DNA of 64,000 nucleotides from Patescibacteria group bacterium. GTDB taxonomy: Bacteria > Patescibacteriota > Microgenomatia > UBA12405. Shown here piece by piece: positions 8,796 through 18,003 of the stretch; position 1 is the stretch's first letter; the number at the start of each line of letters is the position of its first letter. The notes under the pieces are model-generated. The model ran no database searches. It was given only the letters and a program-made list of their open reading frames with translations, and was not told where the DNA came from. The stretch lies in assembly GCA_023380755.1 (NCBI GenBank), contig JAMCSD010000008.1, forward strand, positions 24,592 to 88,591. The letters are read 5' to 3'. The position numbers and the translations under genes are program-made.

Positions 8796-10181
8796 GTGGC
8801 TATTAAAAGGAAGAAAGTAAAGGGAACCAGAAAGGGGCAATCGTTGTTGATCGGATTAGCATTGTTTGTCATTATGGCGGCCTTGTGGGTGGGATTTTTA
8901 TACAAAAGAGAAGGGAAGGTGGAAGGGACCAGCACTAACCAAATTTACTGGGGAGCATATATTGACGGCAGCACTTACGGCCCAGGGTATGGCACCGCTC
9001 CCTGGGACAGCAACACGTGGAATTTATTTGAACAACATGCCGGGAAAAGGGTGTCGATTATTCACTGGGGACAGCCGTGGTATATGTCCACCAGCTGGCC
9101 ATATGGCTACTACCCGTTCGTGGCCGGTCTAGGGACAACAGCCCGGGCCCACGGCGCTATCCCGATGATTGATTGGGGGTCATTTGACCCGGCTTTGGGG
9201 GCACAACAATCATCCTTTGCATTGCGCAACATTGTTAACGGCGCCAGCTACAGCTATGGGGGACAGACGTTTGATAATTATGTGACTAATTGGGCGAAAG
9301 CGGCCAAGGCCTGGGGGCATCCATTTTTCTTAAGATTTGATTGGGAGATGAACGGCTGGTGGCAATTCCCATGGGCGACAGCCAAAGACCCAAACACGGG
9401 GGTAACGATCAACAACAACACACCGGCAGACTTTGTCGCTGCCTGGCAACATATCCATAATATTTTTACGAGCGTCGGAGCGACCAATGCCTCGTGGGTA
9501 TGGTGTCCGAACATCAGCAGTACATACTCGGTTCCCCTAGCGCAACTTTATCCGGGAGACAATTATGTGGATTGGATTTGCCTGGACGGCTACAACAAGG
9601 ATGTAAAGTATTGGCAAACATTTGCCCAAGTATTTGGGGGAAGCAGTTACAACGGCTACCACAACAGTTATAATGAAATTACCTCGCTGACAACTAAGCC
9701 CTTAATGATCGGAGAATTCGCCTCGGATGAAGCCGGAGACGGCGGGACAGCCAAGGCGAACTGGATAACGGATGCCTTTTTGACGCAAATGCCAAACTAT
9801 TTTCCGCGGATTAAGGCAGTGGTGTGGTTTAATTGGAACTCGGATAGCGGAAGTTCATATGTAATTGAATCAACGTCAACAGCCCAAAATGCCTTGGCGA
9901 GCGCGATAGCCTCGTCATACTTTGCCACTAATACTTTTGGAAGCCTAAACCAATCACCGATACCGATAATTTCAGTAGCCCTGCCAACAGCCACGGCAAC
10001 ACCGGGGCCAACGGTGGCAGTAAGCCCGACGACGACACCACAACCACAACCGACGCTGGCACCAACAGCGACACCAACAGTGCAGCCACAACCAATAACC
10101 GGAGTGACGGCGACACCAACGAGCGCCAAGTATTGCTGTAAATGGAACGGGAAAAAGGCCTGTATCAAATGGTGCCAATAA
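8796..10181 (+). CDS. Glycoside hydrolase family 26-like (mannanase-type), membrane anchored, Pro/Thr linker and Cys-rich tail
   Basis: FLRFDWEMNGWWQFPW matches the GH26 HEMNG-WFWWG catalytic-Glu region. N-terminal TM LLIGLALFVIMAALWVGFL. In-frame GTG 8796 chosen to avoid overlap with the divergent lipoprotein gene (start uncertain). C-terminus PTATATPGPTV...KYCCKWNGKKACIKWCQ. Confidence 0.7.
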   Translation: MAIKRKKVKGTRKGQSLLIGLALFVIMAALWVGFLYKREGKVEGTSTNQIYWGAYIDGSTYGPGYGTAPWDSNTWNLFEQHAGKRVSIIHWGQPWYMSTSWPYGYYPFVAGLGTTARAHGAIPMIDWGSFDPALGAQQSSFALRNIVNGASYSYGGQTFDNYVTNWAKAAKAWGHPFFLRFDWEMNGWWQFPWATAKDPNTGVTINNNTPADFVAAWQHIHNIFTSVGATNASWVWCPNISSTYSVPLAQLYPGDNYVDWICLDGYNKDVKYWQTFAQVFGGSSYNGYHNSYNEITSLTTKPLMIGEFASDEAGDGGTAKANWITDAFLTQMPNYFPRIKAVVWFNWNSDSGSSYVIESTSTAQNALASAIASSYFATNTFGSLNQSPIPIISVALPTATATPGPTVAVSPTTTPQPQPTLAPTATPTVQPQPITGVTATPTSAKYCCKWNGKKACIKWCQ

Positions 10182-10207
10182 GGCAAAAGACTGGTAAAAT
10201 CTAACGC

Positions 10208-10696
10208 ATGGATGAAAAGCTGACAAAAATAAAAGAGGACCTCTATTATGACGAACGGTCAGCGGGAGGGATAGTGTTTAAGCGGGAGAACGGCCAGGTC
10301 AGGTGGCTTCTGATTAAAGTGATGGCCAGCAGCCGATACCGAAACCGCCACGGCCAACGAATGGTTTATAAGTTTCCCAAAGGACATTTAAAAAGCGGAG
10401 AGTTTTTAAAAACAGCCGCGCTGCGGGAAGCCGAAGAAGAAGGCAAGGTGAAGGCAGAAATTGTGGCCAAGATAGGGTCGAACAACTATGTTTTTTATGA
10501 CAAATTGAAGAAAAGAAAAATCATTAAAAAGGTGACTTTCTTTTTAATGGAATACCGGGGGCAAAGCGACAGCCGATACACAGATGCGGAAATGATTGTG
10601 GGCCGGGAGTGGCTCAGTTACGAACAGGCCAATTTGGCCCTGGCTTACGACTCAGAAAAAGTTCTCCTAAAAAAAGCAAAAATGAGGCTGAAATAA
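10208..10696 (+). CDS. NUDIX hydrolase
   Basis: Nudix box GHLKSGEFLKTAALREAEEEGKV. Confidence 0.85.
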   Translation: MDEKLTKIKEDLYYDERSAGGIVFKRENGQVRWLLIKVMASSRYRNRHGQRMVYKFPKGHLKSGEFLKTAALREAEEEGKVKAEIVAKIGSNNYVFYDKLKKRKIIKKVTFFLMEYRGQSDSRYTDAEMIVGREWLSYEQANLALAYDSEKVLLKKAKMRLK

Positions 10697-11155
10697 ATGG
10701 TGCTGTTTTACGGCGGAACAATAGTCGGTTTACTGTTAACCGGATGGTACTTTGGAGTCAAAGCCAAGGGGCAACACCTGCTGGCGGTGACAGGGATAAT
10801 GATTGTAATTTACAGGGTGTTTACGGCGTTAACCCTGCGATTCTTCGGTCCCCTGCCCGGCTGGTATGACGAGAGGGTCAGAAAGGTGGAACATTGGGAG
10901 CTGGGAATAGGGTTGGTGATTTTGGGGATACTCGCGGGGAAGAGAATAAGTAAAAAATTACAAATGACGATTTTGGGAATGGGGTGCGGGATGCTAATCG
11001 ACGAAATTTCGGAATATGCCGGGTGGTTTCACCTGGAATTGCCGGCGCATTTTCGAGACAGTATCCAGGATATAGTACTAATTAGCGCCAGCTACGTGTT
11101 GTTTGCGGCGCTATACCGCTTAACCTCGGAAAGGTGGAAAGGGATGATAAAATAG
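10697..11155 (+). CDS. Hypothetical membrane protein
   Basis: 152-aa ORF abutting the NUDIX stop codon, with 4 hydrophobic segments. Confidence 0.55.
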   Translation: MVLFYGGTIVGLLLTGWYFGVKAKGQHLLAVTGIMIVIYRVFTALTLRFFGPLPGWYDERVRKVEHWELGIGLVILGILAGKRISKKLQMTILGMGCGMLIDEISEYAGWFHLELPAHFRDSIQDIVLISASYVLFAALYRLTSERWKGMIK

Positions 11156-11165
11156 TGAGTAAATT

Positions 11166-11253
11166 GGAGGGATCGGATAGTGGTTCATTCCACACGCTTG
11201 GAAAGCGTGCGGCCTAAACAGCCTCGGGGGTTCGAATCCCCCTCCCTCCGCCA
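11166..11253 (+). tRNA. tRNA-Ser(GGA): tRNA-Ser (anticodon GGA), CCA encoded
   Basis: Acceptor GGAGGGA/TCCCTCC. Anticodon stem CACGC/GCGTG with loop TTGGAAA. Long variable arm CGGCCTAAACAGCCTC. T-arm GGGGG-TTCGAAT-CCCCC. Discriminator G plus CCA. Confidence 0.93.
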
Positions 11254-11511
11254 GACGGGATACCCCCATCCGGAAATGACTGTATTTGCCTATATGATGG
11301 GCTAATGGTGGGGTTTTACGATAAAGTATTGGAATAATTGGGTTTTGCTTCAAAACAGTGAAGAGGGAGACGGGATACGAACCCTTAAAGTCTTATAATT
11401 AATTAAGTGTTTTACTGAAAATAAATGACAGACCAAGAAATAGGTCGGCTAGTTGGCAAAGTGTTAGAGGTTCGGCAGCAAAAGGCGGTTAGAATTGGAT
11501 CGGTTAGTTTT

Positions 11512-11754
11512 TTAGAGATTTACAAAGTCGAGAGAAACAGAAATATCCTCTCCGACTTTGGCGCCATAGGGATCGACTTCGAGTAAAATGCTGGCTGGAT
11601 CCTAGGAAAAAGAATAGCCGTAATAAAGATTGGAATAGCTGAGCCAATTTTTGGGAATAGCAAAATAAAAGCTTTGGAAATAAACGACTAGGCTGAAAAC
11701 AAGGGCGGAGAGTGCAAAAAGTACCAAAGCTATTTTTAAGCGTGTTTTCGACAT
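11512..11754 (-). pseudogene. Possible small TM-protein gene interrupted by an in-frame TAG (or a genuine 50-aa ORF 11602-11754)
   Basis: MSKTRLKIALVLFALSALVFSLVVYFQSFYFAIPKNWLSYSNLYYGYSFS-TAG-DPASILLEVDPYGAKVGEDISVSLDFVNL, same frame on both sides of the stop at 11602-11604. Confidence 0.25.
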
Positions 11755-11920
11755 AATTTATCTTAGCATACGCTAATAAATGAAAGCAGACTATTACTTT
11801 AAAATAAGATAGATTGGCAGAATAGGCTGAAGATAGCCTTAAATATCCTATATCTTTTCTTGGAATTTTAGGATAAAATATAGAGTCTAAGAATTTATTA
11901 TTAATCAAGGATGAGGAAAT

Positions 11921-12250
11921 ATGGCAAAAAAGTTGTACGTTGGTGGTTTACCTTTTGAGACTACTGAGGAGGCTCTTCGAGCCGCGTTTGGACAAGCGGG
12001 TACCGTAACGTTAGTTACTATCATCAAAGATAAATTTTCAGGACGGTCGAAAGGATTTGGTTTTGTAGAAATGGCGACCGACGAAGAAGCACAGGCAGCA
12101 ATTGCTATGTGGAACGAGAAAGAATTTGAGGGAAGAACTCTTAAAGTCAACGAGGCACGGCCGATGGAAGACAGACCGCAACGGCGAGAGCCTTTTTCCC
12201 GAGGGCCACGGAATAATGGTGGCCGTTTTGGAAATCGTAATAGGTTTTAA
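11921..12250 (+). CDS. RRM-type RNA-binding protein
   Basis: RNP-2 LYVGGL and RNP-1 KGFGFVEM. Gly/Arg-rich tail. SD-like AAGGATGAGGA upstream. Confidence 0.9.
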   Translation: MAKKLYVGGLPFETTEEALRAAFGQAGTVTLVTIIKDKFSGRSKGFGFVEMATDEEAQAAIAMWNEKEFEGRTLKVNEARPMEDRPQRREPFSRGPRNNGGRFGNRNRF

Positions 12251-12282
12251 GATTTGACTTGTTAGCTGTTTGGAGGAGTAGT

Positions 12283-12759
12283 ATGGACCATAATTATGTG
12301 GCCGGAGATTATATTATTGATAATGCCTATATTTACGAAATAACGTCTGTAACCTTTGATGGCGGCAAAAAGGGTAACGAGGCATTAATACATTACAAAC
12401 CAATTCGAGGCACCGATAAAGTCTTTACGGCATCCATTCCAGAGAAAAACTTCGGCAAAGTAGGTTTGCGAAAACTATTAAACCCGGAGGATATCAACGT
12501 CATTTTATGTAAGCTTACGGCAAATATAGAGCGGTATTCCTATAATGCTCAGGAAACGAAGGAGATACTTTATCTTAACGAACCAGCAAATGTAATGGTT
12601 CCGTTGAAGTACCTATGGAAGTGTGGAGATAAATTAGCTAAAACCGACACGGATATACGGGAGGAAATGATCCAACATTTGTGTATGGAAATTGCTTTTG
12701 TGACTAAACAGACAACCGAAGTCGTTCGGGCAAAGATTGAGAAAATTCTGAATAAATAG
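12283..12759 (+). CDS. CarD/CdnL-like (TRCF-RID family) protein, tentative
   Basis: GGAGGAG SD 5 nt before ATG 12283. The N-terminal GDYIIDNAYIYEITSV and the KVGLRKLLNPEDINVIL segment resemble CarD_CdnL_TRCF proteins. Confidence 0.5.
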   Translation: MDHNYVAGDYIIDNAYIYEITSVTFDGGKKGNEALIHYKPIRGTDKVFTASIPEKNFGKVGLRKLLNPEDINVILCKLTANIERYSYNAQETKEILYLNEPANVMVPLKYLWKCGDKLAKTDTDIREEMIQHLCMEIAFVTKQTTEVVRAKIEKILNK

Positions 12760-12868
12760 CTAAAATATGATATACTACCCAGATTTAGTTTAGGCAAAGA
12801 ATCATAGTCTGCCCATATTACTTGAATATTTTTATTAGATAAGGGCATATTAATCCTGCCGCGGCAGG

Positions 12869-14074
12869 ATGCCAATATTTAATAAAAATATGTATAAAGG
12901 TAAGTATTCGGGTGGTTTTCGGAATTTTAAGCATTTCGGGAAGAGGCCTCAAAAAAAACGGGTGGGTTTCCGGAGCGATATAAACCAATCGTTTTACGTC
13001 AAAAAAGCAGCAGAATTCACCAAAATTGAAGAAGGGGTAACAATTCATCAGTTTAATGACTTCGGATTTGAGCCGCAGCTGGTGGAGAATATTAAAGCCA
13101 AGGGGTATGTGAAACCGACCGAAATCCAAGACAAAGTGATCCCCCATATCCGGCAAAACCAAGATGTATTGGGGATTGCCAATACGGGAACCGGCAAGAC
13201 GGCGGCCTATATTCTGCCACTGATCAACAAAATTTTACTTAATCCGAACGAAAGAGTAATTATTTTAGCGCCAACGAGAGAATTGGCCATCCAAATTAAG
13301 GAAGAATTGCGGTCGTTTACCTGGGGAATGAATGTTTATGTGGCTTTAGCCATTGGAGGCGCCTTTATCCGGGAGCAGATTATTAAAATTCGGCGCGGCC
13401 CGCATGTCATTATTGGCACTCCGGGACGGATTATGGACCTGGGGAAAAGAAGAGTGATTGATTTTGGCAGCTTGTCGACCGTCGTTTTGGATGAGGTCGA
13501 CCGGATGTTGGACATGGGGTTCATTGGCGATATTAAAGCCATTGTGGACCAGACACCAAAGGGCCGACAAACACTATTTTTCTCGGCGACTCTAGATAAA
13601 AAGGTTGAACCATTGGCAAACGCCTTCCTGAATAACCCGATCAAAGTATCAACCAAGATTCAGGACAGCTCGTCCCATGTGGAACAAAATATCGTACGGG
13701 TGCCCCGGCAACAAAAAGAGGCGAAACTGCACCAATTAGTGGCCCAACCAGATTTCAAAAAGGTGCTGGTATTTGGATCAACGCAGATGATTGTGGACAA
13801 ACTATCGGCCAACTTAATCCAAAACGGATTTAAAGCCCAAGGATTACACGGCGGAAAACGGCAACACCAGCGGCAACAGATTGTAAGAAATTTTAGAGAA
13901 AACCAAATCACCATTTTGGTAGCGACCGATGTGGCCGCCCGGGGCTTGGACATTGCGGATATTACCCATGTCATTAATTATGACGAGCCCAATAATTATG
14001 ATGACTATGTGCACCGGATCGGCAGAACAGGACGGGGAAACAGCAAGGGCTTCGCCCTGACTTTTGTGGAGTAA
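12869..14074 (+). CDS. DEAD-box ATP-dependent RNA helicase
   Basis: Q-motif region, ANTGTGKTAAY (I), VLDEVDRM (II, DEVD variant), SAT (III), HRIGRTGRG (VI). Confidence 0.92.
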   Translation: MPIFNKNMYKGKYSGGFRNFKHFGKRPQKKRVGFRSDINQSFYVKKAAEFTKIEEGVTIHQFNDFGFEPQLVENIKAKGYVKPTEIQDKVIPHIRQNQDVLGIANTGTGKTAAYILPLINKILLNPNERVIILAPTRELAIQIKEELRSFTWGMNVYVALAIGGAFIREQIIKIRRGPHVIIGTPGRIMDLGKRRVIDFGSLSTVVLDEVDRMLDMGFIGDIKAIVDQTPKGRQTLFFSATLDKKVEPLANAFLNNPIKVSTKIQDSSSHVEQNIVRVPRQQKEAKLHQLVAQPDFKKVLVFGSTQMIVDKLSANLIQNGFKAQGLHGGKRQHQRQQIVRNFRENQITILVATDVAARGLDIADITHVINYDEPNNYDDYVHRIGRTGRGNSKGFALTFVE

Positions 14075-14104
14075 AGTAGCAAATTTCGGTTTATAATGGG
14101 GTAG

Positions 14105-14452
14105 ATGGAGAGGGGTCGGATTGAGAGAACGATAGTGTTGACCACAGGGTTGGAGGTAATTCCGGATGATATAACTTGTATCTTGTGCGGCGGACCGGTG
14201 GAAAGACGATTTGTGGAGATGGAATTGGCGATAGACTCAATTCGGGTAAGACTCCCCCACACGGCGGGTTATGTTTGCCCAAAAGATGAGTTGGAATATG
14301 TGAGTGATGAGGCTTTGATGGAGGCTTACCAAGCAATGGAGGTGATTGCCCGGGAAACCGGACAAGGGCGAACGGTGGAAGTGATCCAAGAACACCTGCG
14401 CACGCAAAAAAAGATAATGGAGAAATTTGGCAGAGGAAAAGCGGGAAAATAA
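14105..14452 (+). CDS. Hypothetical protein (degenerate zinc-finger-like N-terminus)
   Basis: 115-aa ORF. CILCGG...YVCPKDE. TATAAT 14092-14097 lies 7 nt before the ATG. Confidence 0.5.
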   Translation: MERGRIERTIVLTTGLEVIPDDITCILCGGPVERRFVEMELAIDSIRVRLPHTAGYVCPKDELEYVSDEALMEAYQAMEVIARETGQGRTVEVIQEHLRTQKKIMEKFGRGKAGK

Positions 14453-14458
14453 AACTAT

Positions 14459-14665
14459 TTAGCGAAGGTGGAGGAACTTAAGTAGGTCGAAGCGCGGGGA
14501 TTTAGGGGAAGGTCGGACGACAATTTCAAAAGGAATATGGTGAGCCAATAAGTCAGCGACAACCCGCTGGGTCATTTCCTGACTAAGTTGAGCCACGCGA
14601 GCTTCCTGCTCGGGCGTCAAAACAATATAGGCGGGATGCTCTTTGGTGGCGGGAACAATTGGCAT
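14459..14665 (-). CDS. Small hypothetical protein
   Basis: Internal ATG (MPIVPATKEHP...) chosen to avoid overlap with the isochorismatase gene end. Confidence 0.35.
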   Translation of the reverse strand: MPIVPATKEHPAYIVLTPEQEARVAQLSQEMTQRVVADLLAHHIPFEIVVRPSPKSPRFDLLKFLHLR

Positions 14666-14684
14666 AAGTGAATAATAACATTTT

Positions 14685-15329
14685 TTATGGGGAACGAAGG
14701 AGGCTGGGCTCCTGGAGCAATTCGGTAGAAGAAATGGTTTTACCATACATCACCGGGAAGGTGAATTTGAGAAGCAGCTCCTGAAGCTGCTGGCGGACAG
14801 GGACATCGGTGGTTTCGACAAGGTCGGCAAGAATGACAAAATTAAAACCCTGAGAAAAACCACTAACGATAGAAGCCAGAACGCAACCATCGGTGAAAAT
14901 GCCGGTAACAATCACATATTGGATTCCCCTTTTTCGAAACTCGTGGGTAATTTGAAGGTCGGAAAAAGCATCATAGGTATTTTTGGTAAAGACAAGATCA
15001 GTAGGTTGGGGTTTGACCCCATAAAATTGTTGGTCGAAACCGGTAGGGTCGTCAGAATAGTAGGTAGCAGCGGGATCGGTATAGAGTTCGTTAAGGTTAG
15101 CCGGAAGATGGGCTTGATCCCACGGGGTAATGGTGGTGAAAACAATGAGACCGCCAACTTTTTGGCGGTAGGCAGCTAAAAATTGCTCAAGACGAGGGAT
15201 CATCTCCCGGATTTGGGTAAAGTGGATGTGCCATTCGGGAGTTTCGCAGTTAAGATGGGCACAAGAATTGACGGGGTCGATAACTAAAAGGGCGGTATTG
15301 TTTTGGTTCATGTTTGGGTAGATTTTCAT
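14685..15329 (-). CDS. Isochorismatase-family cysteine hydrolase
   Basis: ALLVIDPVNSC..., VIVTGIFTDGCVLASIVSGF (catalytic Cys context). Confidence 0.85.
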   Translation of the reverse strand: MKIYPNMNQNNTALLVIDPVNSCAHLNCETPEWHIHFTQIREMIPRLEQFLAAYRQKVGGLIVFTTITPWDQAHLPANLNELYTDPAATYYSDDPTGFDQQFYGVKPQPTDLVFTKNTYDAFSDLQITHEFRKRGIQYVIVTGIFTDGCVLASIVSGFSQGFNFVILADLVETTDVPVRQQLQELLLKFTFPVMYGKTISSTELLQEPSLLRSP

Positions 15330-15406
15330 ATGTTATATGATAACATTTGATCCCATAAAGATCTCTTTTTTTAAGTGATGAGTTGTGATTAGCTATTGAT
15401 AGTTAA

Positions 15407-16156
15407 ATGACTGAGGTGGTATCTTGCCAACAAAGATTTGTGGAAAGATACCGGGCCGCCTACTCCCTGCAACCAACTTACTACCTATTAGGACACGAGC
15501 CGCTACCAGCAACTTCATCAGTAAATTTTTGCCGATCGCGAACAGCTTTGCTGGATGCCCTGCTGACCACACAACCGGACACGATTACCTTTCCCCACGC
15601 GCTTTTAGCAGAATATGTAACAGCTTTATCCTTAGAACCACTGTTGACCCCGTGGGACCACCGTGTTGACTTAGCCCCACAGTCGCTGGAGCACGGCAGG
15701 GGGCAAAGAGGAGTGGACCTGTTAATCCGCAATGCGGAAGATAAAATAATGCTAGGGATTGACGTGAAGTTGAAAAGCAACCGGTCGAGACATAACCAAA
15801 ACGGCGGTGCCTGGCTAGACAACCTGAAAGCACCATACATTAATCTGACGCTGGGAAATTGGGAAGTAGTAACCCGGGAAGGAGCGGGGGTAAAGGGGTG
15901 GCTAATTAACTGCGTCCTGCCCAATGTTCCCGAGAGCGGCAAAATCCCCCACCTTGACGAACTGCGGGCTTTTTTGGTACCGCGGATAAAAAATAGTCTA
16001 GTAAGCCAGCTGGAAATATCCCGATCGGGCCATCCCCACCCGTGGTATCACTTACCAGAATCAAGACAAGAAAGAATTGTGTACCGACAAAAACTGGAGG
16101 GAATGATTGAAATTTTTGGGCAAATTGAAGCAAGAAGAAGAAAAGATTATAATTAA
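15407..16156 (+). CDS. Hypothetical protein with possible PD-(D/E)xK-like core
   Basis: 249-aa ORF. GVDLLIRNAEDKIMLGIDVKLKS fits D..(D/E)xK spacing. Weak evidence. Confidence 0.5.
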   Translation: MTEVVSCQQRFVERYRAAYSLQPTYYLLGHEPLPATSSVNFCRSRTALLDALLTTQPDTITFPHALLAEYVTALSLEPLLTPWDHRVDLAPQSLEHGRGQRGVDLLIRNAEDKIMLGIDVKLKSNRSRHNQNGGAWLDNLKAPYINLTLGNWEVVTREGAGVKGWLINCVLPNVPESGKIPHLDELRAFLVPRIKNSLVSQLEISRSGHPHPWYHLPESRQERIVYRQKLEGMIEIFGQIEARRRKDYN

Positions 16157-16159
16157 TTA

Positions 16160-16597
16160 ATGAAACTATTGGTAATATTTGATTCGATGTATGGCAATAC
16201 GAAGATAATCGCCGAAACAGTGGCTAAAGAACTAGGAAAGGAGGCGAAGGTTAAACAGGCCGAAGAAATAGGTAATAAGGATTGGGAAGGAGTCAGGGCA
16301 GTGGTAGTGGGCAGCCCAATTAACGGCTGGAAACCGTCGGTCAAGATGGAAGCGTTTTTAAACGGCCTTAAACAAGGACAATTAAACGGGATGAAGGCGG
16401 CAGCTTTTGACACGCGAATTAATTTTATTTTCCATGGGGACGCGGCAAAAAAAATCGAAAAAAAATTGCGAGCGGCGGGGGCAGAAATTGTAGCGGCGCC
16501 AGGGAATTTCTTTGTGAAAGGAACAGAAGGCCCGCTAGCGGAAGGAGAAATAGATAAGGCTAAAGTTTGGACGAAATCTTTTAAAGCAAAAATCTAG
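16160..16597 (+). CDS. Flavodoxin-family protein
   Basis: MKLLVIFDSMYGNTKIIAETVAKEL, typical flavodoxin-fold FMN-binding N-terminus. Confidence 0.8.
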   Translation: MKLLVIFDSMYGNTKIIAETVAKELGKEAKVKQAEEIGNKDWEGVRAVVVGSPINGWKPSVKMEAFLNGLKQGQLNGMKAAAFDTRINFIFHGDAAKKIEKKLRAAGAEIVAAPGNFFVKGTEGPLAEGEIDKAKVWTKSFKAKI

Positions 16598-16644
16598 GAA
16601 GAAGAAAGATTTTAAAAAGATGAGGGTTGAGTTTATACTAGGGC

Positions 16645-17289
16645 GTGAGGCGATGTCGGGAATTTATTACAGGCTCAGTGGGGGTAATGTACAGCGGCAA
16701 GTCAGAATGGCTAATCCGACAAGCAAGAGCAGCAGAAGCGGTGGGCGAAGTGGTGTTGTTTGTGAAACCGGCAGTAGACAACCGTTTTGGACCAACAGAG
16801 GCCCGGAGCCGGTCAGGGAGCTGGCATGAAGCGGTAGCGGTAACAAATTCGATGGAAATTGCGGAATTATATGAAAGGAGCGTGGAAAAACCACATTTAG
16901 TGGCGATTGATGAGGTGCAATTTTTTGACCCGAAAATCGTGGAGGTGGTGCTTTATTTGGCGGAAGAATGCGGCTGCCAAACGGCTTATTCGGGATTAAA
17001 CACCGATTTTCGCGGCAACCCGTTTGGACCAATCCAGGGACTAATGGCGGTTTCGACAGACTTAAATATTATGACGGCCAGGTGCACAGCCCATGTCAAC
17101 AATGGGGACAAGCGGAAATGCGGAGCACGAGCTCATTATACCCAACGGCTGATTAATGGCCAACCTGCACCGTATGAGAGTGAAATTATTGTGATTGATC
17201 ACTTAGGGAAGACAGAAGTAACTTATGAAGCGCGGTGCGCCGACCACTGGAGTGTGCCAGGAATGCCAAAAAGACTGGTAAAGGGATAA
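16645..17289 (+). CDS. tdk: Thymidine kinase
   Basis: P-loop GVMYSGKSEWL, LVAIDEVQFFD, C-terminal Zn-site cysteines (CTAHV...KCGARA...RCADH). GTG start. Confidence 0.88.
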   Translation: MRRCREFITGSVGVMYSGKSEWLIRQARAAEAVGEVVLFVKPAVDNRFGPTEARSRSGSWHEAVAVTNSMEIAELYERSVEKPHLVAIDEVQFFDPKIVEVVLYLAEECGCQTAYSGLNTDFRGNPFGPIQGLMAVSTDLNIMTARCTAHVNNGDKRKCGARAHYTQRLINGQPAPYESEIIVIDHLGKTEVTYEARCADHWSVPGMPKRLVKG

Positions 17290-17366
17290 AGGGAAGGAAA
17301 CTAGTATCTTGTAGCAGAAGGAGGTCTTTGTTATGATGAACCATTACTTATTCAGTAGGAGCTGAA

Positions 17367-17828
17367 ATGAATGAGGGCATTTTGGATTACATGAGCAAAG
17401 ACCATGACCGGTTAGATAAAATTTATCAAGAATTTCAAAAGGTACGAGAGAAAGACAAAGAAGAAGCACGGGATTTATTTCATGAATTTAAAACCGGATT
17501 ACAACGGCATATTATTTGGGAGGAAGACATTCTCTTTCCCCTATTTGAAGAAAAGACAGAAGCAAAAGAAAACGGACCAACCGAGGTGATGCGACAAGAG
17601 CACCGAGAGATTAAAGAAGTACTGGAAAAGATTCATGACGAAGTGCGGCAGGGAACGGGCGGCCAAAAGTTAGATAAGGAATTGTATGGAATATTGGAAG
17701 AACATAACAGAAAAGAGGAAATGATCCTTTACCCCTGGATCGACCGAGCCATTAGTGAGAAAGAGGCCAAAGAAATTTTTGTAAAGATGAAGCAAATTGC
17801 CCCGGAAAGGTACAATCATTGCTGTTAA
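17367..17828 (+). CDS. Hemerythrin HHE cation-binding domain protein
   Basis: HDRLDKIY, HIIWEEDILFP, MRQEHREI, EEHNRKEE repeats of His/Glu ligands. AGGAG SD. Confidence 0.8.
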   Translation: MNEGILDYMSKDHDRLDKIYQEFQKVREKDKEEARDLFHEFKTGLQRHIIWEEDILFPLFEEKTEAKENGPTEVMRQEHREIKEVLEKIHDEVRQGTGGQKLDKELYGILEEHNRKEEMILYPWIDRAISEKEAKEIFVKMKQIAPERYNHCC

Positions 17829-18003
17829 GGAGTGGGGCGAAGAGTGGGAACAATTAACGCGGATTATCCGTATGTTAGCGGTGAAGCTTTATAACAACTA
17901 CAGAACTTATAGTAAAATAGGGGGTTCAGTAAACTTTACAGAAAGCCTGTAAATAGTGGACTGAGGCACACTAACAATTTGGTTGAGAACAAGGAGTAAG
18001 GAC

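Noticed and set aside
9797-10226. Several overlapping minus-strand ORFs (129, 63, 84 aa) rich in Cys/Val/Gly
   Set aside because: They are antisense to the Pro/Thr-linker coding region of the GH26-like gene and are low-complexity mirror frames.
11120-11353. 77-aa minus-strand ORF
   Set aside because: It lies entirely across the tRNA-Ser gene and its flank, so it is an artefact.
11602-11604. In-frame TAG as evidence of stop-codon reassignment
   Set aside because: All other long ORFs in the window terminate normally with TAA/TAG/TGA, and many end in TAG. A single interrupted small ORF is better explained by a pseudogene or a genuine short ORF.
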